A DNA stretch of 64,000 nucleotides from Bacteroidales bacterium (GCA_017551725.1 JAFZKY010000014.1:2721-66720), one strand, 5' to 3'. Counted from the first letter of the stretch, positions 17,640-26,969 are shown. Notes: generated by a model from the sequence alone, not told the origin. Program-made: numbers and translations.

Positions 17640-18659
17640 ATGCATACCTATACACACGTAGATAATTTTTATAGTCCGAGCGGAATATGTACGGGGATTA
17701 AGGCGGAAGGTGTGACCAGAGTCGCGATTGAGCCAGCCAAAGGTTGTTGTGAAGAGATCTTCTCAACAAAGATCAAGGAAGCTAAACCATTTGTCAAGTG
17801 GGCAGGAGGGAAAAGACAATTAATACCAACTATCGACGAATTTGTAGCAGTCGCAAACGGGAAAGTGGCTATTGACACTTACGTGGAACCATTTGTCGGT
17901 GGTGGTGCAGTGTTGTTTTGGATCCTGAGCAATTATGACCAAATAAAGCGAGTTGTCATTAATGATATTAATGTAGATTTAATGACCGCATATCAAGTTG
18001 TTCGTGATGCTCCCGAAGATTTGATAGAGGCATTAGCCAAGCTACAAAGTAAGTATTACTCTATCAAAGTAGATGAAAGAATGGTATTCTTCAACCAAGT
18101 CAGGGACGCGTATAACAAAAAGGAGTTGGACTCTGTTGAAAACACAAGCTATTTCATATTTTTGAACAGAACGTGCTTTAACGGTTTATATCGTGTTAAC
18201 AGAAAAGGATTGTATAATGTTCCATTTGGTAAATATGTGAGCCCAAGAATATGTGATGAAACAAATATATATGCCTGTAGTCGTTTGCTCCAGAAAGTAG
18301 AAATTCTATGTGGTGACTATTCGCAAACGATTGGCTATGCTAACCAGCATAGTTTATATTATTTTGACCCGCCCTACAAGCCCTTGTCTATGACTTCAAA
18401 TTTCACAGCTTATTCTACAACCGCATATAACGATGAAGAACAGATAAGGTTGAGTGCTTTTTGCCAAAAAATAGATGAAGCAGGTAGCCTTTTCCTCCTC
18501 AGTAATTCAGACGTGAGTCAAGTTGATCACGGTAACTGCTTTTTTGACGACTTGTATCGAGACTTTAATATTCATCGGGTGCGAGCCAGGAGAATGATAA
18601 ATTCCGTTGCATCGAAAAGAGGTGATGTTTCAGAATTATTGATATGTAATTTCCACTGA
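17640..18659 (+). CDS. Dam-family (D12 class) N6-adenine DNA methyltransferase, copy 2
   Basis: Motifs KWAGGKRQL, FVGGGAV and DPPYKP are present. A ~48-aa N-terminal extension makes the start uncertain. Confidence 0.85.
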   Translation: MHTYTHVDNFYSPSGICTGIKAEGVTRVAIEPAKGCCEEIFSTKIKEAKPFVKWAGGKRQLIPTIDEFVAVANGKVAIDTYVEPFVGGGAVLFWILSNYDQIKRVVINDINVDLMTAYQVVRDAPEDLIEALAKLQSKYYSIKVDERMVFFNQVRDAYNKKELDSVENTSYFIFLNRTCFNGLYRVNRKGLYNVPFGKYVSPRICDETNIYACSRLLQKVEILCGDYSQTIGYANQHSLYYFDPPYKPLSMTSNFTAYSTTAYNDEEQIRLSAFCQKIDEAGSLFLLSNSDVSQVDHGNCFFDDLYRDFNIHRVRARRMINSVASKRGDVSELLICNFH

Positions 18660-18684
18660 TGCAAAAACTACTATGAAAATAAAG

Positions 18685-19030
18685 TGGAAGTGAGAATCCA
18701 TTCCTTACCATCATGATTGCAGTTTTAGGCACTTGTGCCCAACTTGATAGGGAGGCAATATATTACCGTCTAAGCAGTGGTAAAGCAAAATTTATAGCTG
18801 AGGGCGGAAAGGTTGGCAGAAAAGTCGGGTATCGTAAACCAAAGGAGGTTAAGGAACAAGAGTATCGAGAGGTAATCCGACACTTGAGAAAAGGAACCAC
18901 CATACGTGATACCGCCAAGCTGACAGGGCATTGCGTGAGAACTGTTCAGAAGATAAAAAATGAGTTTGGAATCAAAAAACAAAACTCACCAACGCCTAAA
19001 CATGGAAAGCAATCAGACAGATTCACATGA
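18685..19030 (+). pseudogene. Duplicated 3' fragment of the serine recombinase gene (HTH part only, no catalytic domain)
   Basis: 18685-18997 aligns without gaps to 16818-17130. The encoded 95 aa differ at 7 positions. The original stop is lost and the ORF extends 10 codons. Confidence 0.75.
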
Positions 19031-19163
19031 TTCGTTATCATGGACGAAGTAGAGCATGTATTATTCGACGAAAAGCTGTCTCTGTATAATAAATATTGGA
19101 CAGCGGACTGTGCCATGTTTTTTCACACCAATTGCTTATCTTTGCCGCAAAAAGGAAATTGTC

Positions 19164-20093
19164 ATGAGCAAGAATTTGATTAACAGGTATATTTGGTTGG
19201 TAGACACCATTTACCAAGCTGGTTCTTCGGGAATTACACTCCGAGAAATTTCAGAAAAATGGGAAAGCAACTGGCGAATGTCTGGAAAGGAGGAGTATGC
19301 AAGACGCACCTTCATGCATCACAAAAAGGACATTTGGGACATCTTCGGCATTGAAATAGGATGTCACAAGCACACCAATTGCTACTATATTGTGGATAGC
19401 AGGGATATTTCCGACTCGTCGGGTTTTCGGCGGTGGATGTTCGAAACGTTAGCAGTGAATAACCACGTTAATGAGAGTGCCCAATTGCGCGACCGTATCT
19501 TATTGGAGAACAACCCCTCTGGAGGTGAGTTCCTTTCCACCATCTTGGAAGCGATGCGCGACGGAAAGATGATCACATTTGACTATCGTCCGTTTTGGTT
19601 TGAGGCCGAAAACTATTCCAGCTACTACCATGTGGAGCCTTATGCTCTGAAGGTGTTCAAACGCCGCTGGTATCTGTTGGGCAAATACGGCGACTCACCT
19701 TTGAAGATATATGCACTAGACCGCTTTCTGAATATCGACATCGAATTCGAGGACTTCACAATGCCGCAAGGCTTCAATGCAAATGCCTACTTCTCCACCT
19801 GTTTTGGAATCATCGTTGGTGATGAAGATCCGCAATTCATCAAACTAAAAGTGGCTTACTATCAGGCAAACTATCTCCGTTCATTGCCGCTTCACCACTC
19901 CCAGAAAGAGATGGAGATTACCGATAACCATACCATCTTCAGCTATTATTTGCGTCCATCTTTTGACTTTGTGCAGGAGTTGCTTTCCATGGGCGACTCC
20001 GTTGAAGTGCTTGAACCCACTTCCTTGCGCTCGAAGATGGAGCGAATCGGGAAGGAGATTGCGAAGAATCATAAAAGGGAGCGACGGAAATAA
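19164..20093 (+). CDS. WYL-domain transcriptional regulator with N-terminal HTH
   Basis: FKRRWYLLGK is the WYL signature, and an N-terminal wHTH-like segment is present. A TAtcTTTG box lies just upstream at 19137-19144. Confidence 0.7.
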   Translation: MSKNLINRYIWLVDTIYQAGSSGITLREISEKWESNWRMSGKEEYARRTFMHHKKDIWDIFGIEIGCHKHTNCYYIVDSRDISDSSGFRRWMFETLAVNNHVNESAQLRDRILLENNPSGGEFLSTILEAMRDGKMITFDYRPFWFEAENYSSYYHVEPYALKVFKRRWYLLGKYGDSPLKIYALDRFLNIDIEFEDFTMPQGFNANAYFSTCFGIIVGDEDPQFIKLKVAYYQANYLRSLPLHHSQKEMEITDNHTIFSYYLRPSFDFVQELLSMGDSVEVLEPTSLRSKMERIGKEIAKNHKRERRK

Positions 20094-20116
20094 CATCAGT
20101 TGCAAAAGGAATCCTT

Positions 20117-20632
20117 TTACACTATCGGATCTGGACACACATTGCGCCGTTGGCACTTTTCGCACTCGCTGCCACGCCACACTTTATCGAATTCCTCGAT
20201 GACAGCGGTTACGAGAGCGTGATCATCGGTGAGGACACCTGCTTCGAAATTGCGGCGGAGGGCGGATTTCATCCCCATGCCAGCACCCGTGAGGTTCGCA
20301 CTACCAACATAGCAAACGGATTGGTCAATCACGATGATTTTGAAATGAACCCTCGGACACATTACTCTTTCCAGTAATTTTGCTAGTCGCGGGTAACGAT
20401 CAAAGTCAGCGCGGAAGTTCGGACCAGGTTCCTTTGCATGGATGAGTCGCACCTCCACACCCCTGCTGATTAGTTCAGCTAATACCCCAAGAAATGGTTT
20501 TTCAGACTTACCTTGCAACACGTATAGGTCTTTGATGTCAGCGGTACCAATCCACAATGAGTGCCTAGACTTCATCACGAGATTAAGCACAGTGGTATAG
20601 TGAGAGAAGTCTGTAATAAGGGATGTGGACAT
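20117..20632 (-). CDS. Phospholipase D-family nuclease (Nuc-like, single HKD)
   Basis: Perfect HxKx4Dx6GSxN motif: HFKIIVIDQSVCYVGSAN. Confidence 0.8.
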   Translation of the reverse strand: MSTSLITDFSHYTTVLNLVMKSRHSLWIGTADIKDLYVLQGKSEKPFLGVLAELISRGVEVRLIHAKEPGPNFRADFDRYPRLAKLLERVMCPRVHFKIIVIDQSVCYVGSANLTGAGMGMKSALRRNFEAGVLTDDHALVTAVIEEFDKVWRGSECEKCQRRNVCPDPIV

Positions 20633-20643
20633 TATATTGTTTT

Positions 20644-22596
20644 TTACTCTTTGCTTGACTCTTCCTCTATAAAATATTTGTCTGAAACAAAAAGCAATTT
20701 CTTTTTCTGCTCCTCGGAGAAGCTCAACCCATCAACCATATTTGCCATAAAATCCAACATTTTACAGCCTCTTTTCCAAATGGATTTCTTATCCCAGTTT
20801 TGTTCTTTAGAAATCTCCTGTTCGCTAAATGAGCCTGTTTCATATCTCCCTTGTTTCTTATTCCAAGAGTCGTTTTGTAAAGCGGAGTTTTTGGCATCTT
20901 TTAGTATCGTCAGATTTCCGAGGGTGTTAATGATTATTTTCTGTGCCCTGTTTCTCTCGTCTTCTGTTAAGACTTTTTCTCCTAAATAGTTTTCCATTTC
21001 TTTTTCCCAATTTGCTTCATAGCTTTGTGGCATGATATGTTCGATGTTTATTTCGTTGAAATTGTCCCAGCTCACATGTTCAAAATCTCCTTTTTGTTCT
21101 TTCAAATAGCATTCGTATTCCATCAAAAAGAACTTTAGACCGCCCCACCTATGGAAACCTTTATTACCACGTAAATACTCAAATAAATAATCAAATTGTC
21201 CAATCATAGCATCAACATTGCATGGCATTTCAAGTTTGGTCTGGAAATCCAAACATAATTCAGACAATGCTATTTCGTGTTGATGCAATTCTCTTGCACG
21301 ACTCGCATATGTCCTCTCATCGAGAACATTAAGTCCTAGAATACTGTTCCTGAATCCGATTTTCAAAAGCAAATCAATGCAGGAATCCGCTAATGAAACT
21401 TCTTCACTGGAAGCTTTAAACATAAGCAACTCAGCCAATAAAAGGCGCATTTCTTTTGAGGAATTCTGCAAAAGGAGTTTCTTTATTCTAACGTCATCAC
21501 TATTTACAACCTCATACCAATAAGGTACGAATGCGGCAATGTCCAATACATAGTTTTCGATTTTCTCATAGTCAACTTTTGTTTCATGAGCTGGATTATC
21601 CCCTTGACTTCTTGAATAGTCAAGCAAATAATTTGTCGAACGATTACAAAACATTTCAAAGACTTTTTTTTCTGCCACTTGTTCGGAAAAAACATAGTCT
21701 GTGGGTTTTCGTATTAGGGTGAGATGAGCGGAAAGAAATTCGTCTTCATCCAACATGTTGTTGGGATTCTTTCCTAAACAATCATAAATGATACGCCAAG
21801 CATCATTGATTTTTTTTGAAAGTAGCAAGATGTCAACATGATCATTAGGCAATTTTGCCGCCAAAAACAACAGTCTGTTCTTTAATTTTTCAAGAATTGT
21901 CAAAGGTTTTCCTCTGTTGTTCATGGTTTCAAACACAGCTTGAACTGAAAGGTTATCTGTAATATACTTCGTATCAAAAGCCAATGCGGTTTGCAGTCTT
22001 ATGAGCAAATCTTTTTTTTCTCCATCTGACAAAGCATTTATTTTGTCCTTGAACCAATTTTTCGCCAGCAGGAGATTGTTTGTATATACATTGACATGAT
22101 CATTAGGTAAAATTTCAGACACGTCTTCAAATATCTTATTCAGAAGGAATTGTCTATTCTTATCCTCTTTCTTGTATGAGAACAGGCAGAGTTTTGTTTC
22201 AGCACTTTCCTTCTTTCGATATATGTATCTTTTCATCAAAGCACTCCGTTCTTCAGTAATGGGATAAACCTTAATCAGTTCATGTAAAAGAATGACGATA
22301 GTTGTGAGTCTTTGTTGACCATCAACGACATCAAAAAACCTATCACCTTCATCTACAAACCATAATTCCTCTTGAGGAACACTATTTCGATTAATTTCCT
22401 GTAATGCGATAGTACCTGTATAGTGGCGACGGTATTCTTCAGTAACGTTATCAACTTCAATATCCCAAATGTCCTCCCACAGGTCGTTCCATTGACGCTC
22501 TCCCCAAGCGTATCCTCGTTGATAATTGGGGATTCTGAAAGCCTTGCTTCCAAACAACTCATTGAGTCTTAAATCTGATTCGTTTGTTCTTGCCAT
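20644..22596 (-). CDS. DUF262/DUF1524 protein, GmrSD-like type IV restriction enzyme
   Basis: The N-terminus has NYQRGYAW and DGQQRLTT (DUF262). The C-terminus has IEHIMPQS...LGNLTIL (His-Me finger, DUF1524). Confidence 0.85.
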   Translation of the reverse strand: MARTNESDLRLNELFGSKAFRIPNYQRGYAWGERQWNDLWEDIWDIEVDNVTEEYRRHYTGTIALQEINRNSVPQEELWFVDEGDRFFDVVDGQQRLTTIVILLHELIKVYPITEERSALMKRYIYRKKESAETKLCLFSYKKEDKNRQFLLNKIFEDVSEILPNDHVNVYTNNLLLAKNWFKDKINALSDGEKKDLLIRLQTALAFDTKYITDNLSVQAVFETMNNRGKPLTILEKLKNRLLFLAAKLPNDHVDILLLSKKINDAWRIIYDCLGKNPNNMLDEDEFLSAHLTLIRKPTDYVFSEQVAEKKVFEMFCNRSTNYLLDYSRSQGDNPAHETKVDYEKIENYVLDIAAFVPYWYEVVNSDDVRIKKLLLQNSSKEMRLLLAELLMFKASSEEVSLADSCIDLLLKIGFRNSILGLNVLDERTYASRARELHQHEIALSELCLDFQTKLEMPCNVDAMIGQFDYLFEYLRGNKGFHRWGGLKFFLMEYECYLKEQKGDFEHVSWDNFNEINIEHIMPQSYEANWEKEMENYLGEKVLTEDERNRAQKIIINTLGNLTILKDAKNSALQNDSWNKKQGRYETGSFSEQEISKEQNWDKKSIWKRGCKMLDFMANMVDGLSFSEEQKKKLLFVSDKYFIEEESSKE

Positions 22597-22675
22597 ATTT
22601 TTGAATAATTACTGATGATATGAAGTTTTTGATTTTGCAAAACTACAAAATAATCCTTTATACCTTTTACATTCC

Positions 22676-23170
22676 CTACAATATCTCCATCGCAATCCTT
22701 GCGCACGCCTCTGCATCCGCAAGGGCGTGATGATGGTTCGTCATCGGGTAGCCGCAAGCAGCTGCAACAGTATGTAACTGGTGGTCGGGGAGCTGCTGTC
22801 CGAAATGCTGTCGAGAGGCGCGGCAGGTGCAGTGAAAGTCGTAATAGGGATAGTCCATCTGATAAACACCAAACACCGCTCGTAGACAGCTTTCATCAAA
22901 CGAACTGTTGTGCGCCACAAGAGACAACCCCTCGATTAGCGGTTCTATCTGTCGCCACACATCAGGGAACAGAGGGGCGTTATCGGTATCTTCATGCGAG
23001 AGTCCGTGCACCTCCTGACAGAACCCAGCATAGTAGTTGGGTTCTGGCTTAATGAGACTATAGTACGTATCGACAATGAGCCCGTTGCGAACGACCACTA
23101 GACCCACGCTACATACGCTGCTGCGTTGTCCGTTGGCGGTTTCAAAATCAATGGCGGCGAAATCTTGCAT
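22676..23170 (-). CDS. DEDDh 3'-5' exonuclease (DnaQ/epsilon-like)
   Basis: Exo I is AIDFETA, Exo II is HNSSFDESCL and Exo III is HHALADAEA. The ATG at 23170 is preferred over the TTG at 23221. Confidence 0.8.
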   Translation of the reverse strand: MQDFAAIDFETANGQRSSVCSVGLVVVRNGLIVDTYYSLIKPEPNYYAGFCQEVHGLSHEDTDNAPLFPDVWRQIEPLIEGLSLVAHNSSFDESCLRAVFGVYQMDYPYYDFHCTCRASRQHFGQQLPDHQLHTVAAACGYPMTNHHHALADAEACARIAMEIL

Positions 23171-23217
23171 GATTGAACATTCTTTGGGCGTATTATAATG
23201 ATTGCTTTCTTCCACGC

Positions 23218-23937
23218 TCAATCCAAACTTATCAGCTGATCCATAAATACTTCTTGGCAGATATGATAAGTGGTCATGCGCATGATGTCAGGAATGCTGT
23301 AGTACTGACTGTTACAAAGTTCACAGAAGGAGTAGCAAAACAAGATTTCTTTGGGCAGTACGAGGTCTATTTCACATGGTTCTTTGTATGTATAGGAGTC
23401 AGAAGAGTCTCCATAGCAACTATATAAATTGTCCGTCATACTAACACTGCCTATCATGTCGAGAATCTCTATCATGTCGTTCCACTGTGAACCGTAGAAA
23501 CCGTCATCTTCCCTAATGATAAGTTTCGGGTTCTGAGCGTCGTGGCGATAGGTCAAACTGGAACTTAAACTGAAAAATGGTTGGATAGTCGTCAGCTGCT
23601 TGATTCCGTTCTTATGGATTTCCAAAACCTTAGCTTCCATCTGGAGAAGTCGTTTGTTGGTTATCTCCAAATCTCGAAAATAGGTCTCCGAGTAGTTCAA
23701 TTCAAACATTCGGTTCAGTAAGGTACAACGAATCTCGACTTGTTCTAATATTTCGTCCTCGTTACGGAGAATGGATATCCCCATGTTGTCTTCGTCGTAG
23801 TCTTCGTCGTAGTTTTCGCCGAAATCGCAAGCCAACCTCAAAATCTCACACTCGCACTGTCTGAGATACCGACGTAAAAAGTCTGTGTCGGTTTGCTCTT
23901 GTATCTTAATGATTTCTAGACTTTTTTGATTGGTCAT
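23218..23937 (-). CDS. Hypothetical protein
   Basis: 239-aa ORF with ATG start and an acidic DEDYDEDN patch. No motif was recognised. Confidence 0.6.
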   Translation of the reverse strand: MTNQKSLEIIKIQEQTDTDFLRRYLRQCECEILRLACDFGENYDEDYDEDNMGISILRNEDEILEQVEIRCTLLNRMFELNYSETYFRDLEITNKRLLQMEAKVLEIHKNGIKQLTTIQPFFSLSSSLTYRHDAQNPKLIIREDDGFYGSQWNDMIEILDMIGSVSMTDNLYSCYGDSSDSYTYKEPCEIDLVLPKEILFCYSFCELCNSQYYSIPDIMRMTTYHICQEVFMDQLISLD

Positions 23938-23962
23938 ATTCGTAATACGTTATATTGTTTTT

Positions 23963-24301
23963 TTACAACCACAACGACTGGAAATGATCACAGAAGAGCT
24001 TCAACCCCTCATGGATAAGTTTTTCCTGATCAACTTCCGATAATCGAGAATCACGATACTCAGGAAGGTTGGACGGGGAAGCTAACAGGTCAAAGGTGCG
24101 AATCATGGTACGCAATGCCCCCTGCCAATCCTTCTCACTGCGAAAGTCGCTGGGGACGGTGTGGTAACGCCGTTTCTCGGCCTCCAAGAACCGCCGCAGC
24201 TTCGTGGCGATGTGTGCTGCAAGCGTATGATACAAGTCCCATACGTCGGCGTATGATTCCTCCTGCACGTTATGCTTTAGTAATTGTCTTTTTTTTGCCA
24301 T
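23963..24301 (-). CDS. Hypothetical protein
   Basis: 112-aa ORF from the ATG at 24301. A TTTG...TAttTTTG promoter-like pair lies directly upstream on the minus strand. Confidence 0.55.
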   Translation of the reverse strand: MAKKRQLLKHNVQEESYADVWDLYHTLAAHIATKLRRFLEAEKRRYHTVPSDFRSEKDWQGALRTMIRTFDLLASPSNLPEYRDSRLSEVDQEKLIHEGLKLFCDHFQSLWL

Positions 24302-24447
24302 ATTAGTGACCGTTTGAATTACGTTGGCAAAAATAAAGCACAACTATGCCAAAATGAGGCGTAGTTGTGCTTGAGTTGAAAGAAAAAAGTTTTTCAAGCT
24401 TTTCTCTTATTTTTTCACTCAAATCCTAAAAAGATGAGTGGAAAAAA

Positions 24448-26388
24448 TCAGTTGTTACTTAACAAAGAATCTATCTGTTGCCTTGTTGTAAGCATTGCAC
24501 ATATCATTTCGGTCATGTCTGCAATAGTATTCCTCTCTTTAAAAGCATCAGTATCGGGAAACAGCACTCCAAATTGCATTCGCAAATAATGCTCGTTGTA
24601 ATATGGATAAGCCCCCTCTTCTAATGGTCGGCTTTCATAACATGTTATACGTTTGTGTGAGAATTTGTGGACGGTCACTTCATATTTCTGGCTTATTTCG
24701 GCATATTGATCTTTATATCCAAGTTCTTCAAGGTATTGTGGAACAGTATTCCACTGACAGTGCATATAGACAACCATTTGCAGATTCAGCCGTATGCGTC
24801 CTTTATCAGAATACGTATGCAAATTGACAGATATGTCTGGTGTCAATTGAATAGGGGCATTCTCCTGTACACGTGCAGAGGCAGGTGCAATAATGTGGTC
24901 ATATTGAGGCAATACCTTTTTCAAAGACACAATGAGCAAATCACGCACTTCTTTTAGAAAACTGCTATGATGATAATCCACAGGTGCTTGATCGTTAGCT
25001 TCTATGTTTGTGACTGCCGAGGAAAGCATTGCGGAACGAATATGGTCTTCAATAATTCTAGGTTCATCTAACCCTGAATCAATATATGATTCAGTCGTAT
25101 TTGCATTATGTTTCACATCTTGTTTGTGCGTTTCCACAATGACAGTACGCATTAAGTTAAGCAACATGGAGATGTTTAACGCCTTGTTGCGAAGATAATA
25201 GTCAGCAAAACATATACGGTAAAGCAATTGTTCCCATTCTTCGTCAAATTCTGATACTGAGGCCAAATTATTGCGAGTTGTTTCCTCTAATGGTTTGAGA
25301 TTCAACTGAAAAGCGATGTCTTCATTCCATGTTGTGAAACTAGGATATTTGTTCAAAACATTATATATTCTAGGGTAAGCAATCTGCATACTCACCAAGG
25401 CAAAACTTAGAAAAACTGAAAGATTGTCTTTTAAGAAATCTCCATCGATTTTGTCTTGTGCCTCATTGATACACTTAATGAGCGACAGGTTGTTGAGCAG
25501 GCGTTTCAACGAACGTGGATTGTTTCCCACGGTGATTTTTGCCGCTTCAGAAATATGCGACATCAGAACCTTGTTGTCGTGCTGTGTAGAGCTGCACCAA
25601 CCGATACTGAAGAGAGAATCTTGTAGAAACTTATCCACGCGATAATTGCTCACAGGCATAGTGAACGGCACTTGGATGATTTTGTCGAAGAAGGATCGAA
25701 ATTCGCGTTCATTGGTATCAGTGAGTTCCCCGAATTTGGGTTTCAGCCCTTTCACCACCACATCATAGTCTATGGCGAGGACAAAGACGCACTTTTCGAG
25801 TGTGAAGATGTTCTTCAGTAGCTCTAACAGTTCAACAGCTGTTGGCGGATTGATACGGTCAAGGTCATCGATGAAGAATATGAAACCACTTTTCCCGCTT
25901 TCCTTGACTTTTTCTTTTACCGTCTCTTGCAATTCGTCACGAAGTTCGCCCACAGATGAATTTTTAGTTGAAAAGAACTCGTCTATCGCGCTGCCGTCTC
26001 CGCCAGTGATGCCAATAGCTGTTTTTGCGGCCACAGCACTAATCCTCTTCACTTTTTCAAACAGTGCTTTTCGTTTGACCTCGTTGTTGCTGGCAGTCTG
26101 CTGCACCATTTTGGAAATGATTTGAATCAATGTGGATGACGAGTCGCGCATCAGGGCATACTCCCATGTGTTGATCCACACGGGGAGGAATTGCCCATCA
26201 GGTCCGCATAACTCATCTTGGAGAGTGTTCATCAAAGAGGTTTTGCCACTGCCCCACTCGCCTTGCAAAGCGATGGTTATTGGTGTGTTGGTGCCCTCTA
26301 TGAAGCGTATTAACCCCTGTGCATAGGGATGTATCCCGAAAGAATCCTTTTCGGGACAGGGGGTGTCGGGAATACTTGTGAATTTCAT
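24448..26388 (-). CDS. KAP-family P-loop NTPase
   Basis: Walker A is GEWGSGKTSLMN and Walker B is FFIDDLDR, typical of KAP NTPases. The ATG at 26388 is preceded by a TActTTTG box. Confidence 0.8.
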   Translation of the reverse strand: MKFTSIPDTPCPEKDSFGIHPYAQGLIRFIEGTNTPITIALQGEWGSGKTSLMNTLQDELCGPDGQFLPVWINTWEYALMRDSSSTLIQIISKMVQQTASNNEVKRKALFEKVKRISAVAAKTAIGITGGDGSAIDEFFSTKNSSVGELRDELQETVKEKVKESGKSGFIFFIDDLDRINPPTAVELLELLKNIFTLEKCVFVLAIDYDVVVKGLKPKFGELTDTNEREFRSFFDKIIQVPFTMPVSNYRVDKFLQDSLFSIGWCSSTQHDNKVLMSHISEAAKITVGNNPRSLKRLLNNLSLIKCINEAQDKIDGDFLKDNLSVFLSFALVSMQIAYPRIYNVLNKYPSFTTWNEDIAFQLNLKPLEETTRNNLASVSEFDEEWEQLLYRICFADYYLRNKALNISMLLNLMRTVIVETHKQDVKHNANTTESYIDSGLDEPRIIEDHIRSAMLSSAVTNIEANDQAPVDYHHSSFLKEVRDLLIVSLKKVLPQYDHIIAPASARVQENAPIQLTPDISVNLHTYSDKGRIRLNLQMVVYMHCQWNTVPQYLEELGYKDQYAEISQKYEVTVHKFSHKRITCYESRPLEEGAYPYYNEHYLRMQFGVLFPDTDAFKERNTIADMTEMICAMLTTRQQIDSLLSNN

Positions 26389-26454
26389 TGTTGCAAAAGT
26401 AAATTGTTTAAAAACGGAATGTCCAACACTCAATAGACCACCCCTATCGTTAAA

Positions 26455-26937
26455 TTAGTATCTTGCAATGAGACCACATTCCCAAATAATAGCAGCTAGT
26501 ATTGCTTCATCATAATAACCGTCAATAATCAGGATGGGATAATTTTCAGGGTGACGAGAATGGTCGCGTGCTTTAAAAATCTGACCATCTTCAATGATTA
26601 ATAAAGGATAGTTTTCAGGATGACGAGAATGATCGCGAGCTTCAAATACCATATCCCCCTCGATAATCATAAAAGGATAGTTTTCTGGGTGTTTAGAATG
26701 GTCACGAGCCTTATAGATCTCACCTCCATTAACAATCAGAAAGGGGTAATTATCAGAATGATGAGAATGGTCGCGAGCTTCAAAGATCATATCTCCATCG
26801 ATAATTATTGTTGGATAGTTTTCTGGTTGGCTAGAATGGTCACGAGCCTTAAATACTTCGCCATCCTTAATTATCATAAAAGGATAGTTTTCAGGGCGGC
26901 TAGAATGGTCACGAGCTTCATAAATCTTGGTAATCAT
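26455..26937 (-). CDS. Tandem-repeat protein: six 23-aa ARDHSxxPENYPxxIIxxGxxF(E/K) units
   Basis: The repeat was read directly from the translation. The ATG at 26937 follows the conserved leader motif. Confidence 0.7.
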   Translation of the reverse strand: MITKIYEARDHSSRPENYPFMIIKDGEVFKARDHSSQPENYPTIIIDGDMIFEARDHSHHSDNYPFLIVNGGEIYKARDHSKHPENYPFMIIEGDMVFEARDHSRHPENYPLLIIEDGQIFKARDHSRHPENYPILIIDGYYDEAILAAIIWECGLIARY

Positions 26938-26945
26938 AATAATAA

Positions 26946-26969
26946 CCCTAATACGTGTCGGGCGCAACT
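26946..26969 (-). promoter_or_regulatory. Conserved leader motif AGTTGCGCCCGACACGTATTAGGG (copy on minus strand)
   Basis: The same 24-25-mer occurs upstream of the ATGs at 30276 and 31727, 3-8 nt before the start codon. Confidence 0.5.

Noticed and set aside
26520-26925. Regular 69-bp periodicity, considered as a possible CRISPR array or non-coding tandem repeat
   Set aside because: There are no spacers and the units are contiguous. They keep one open reading frame encoding the 23-aa protein repeat, so this is a coding repeat.
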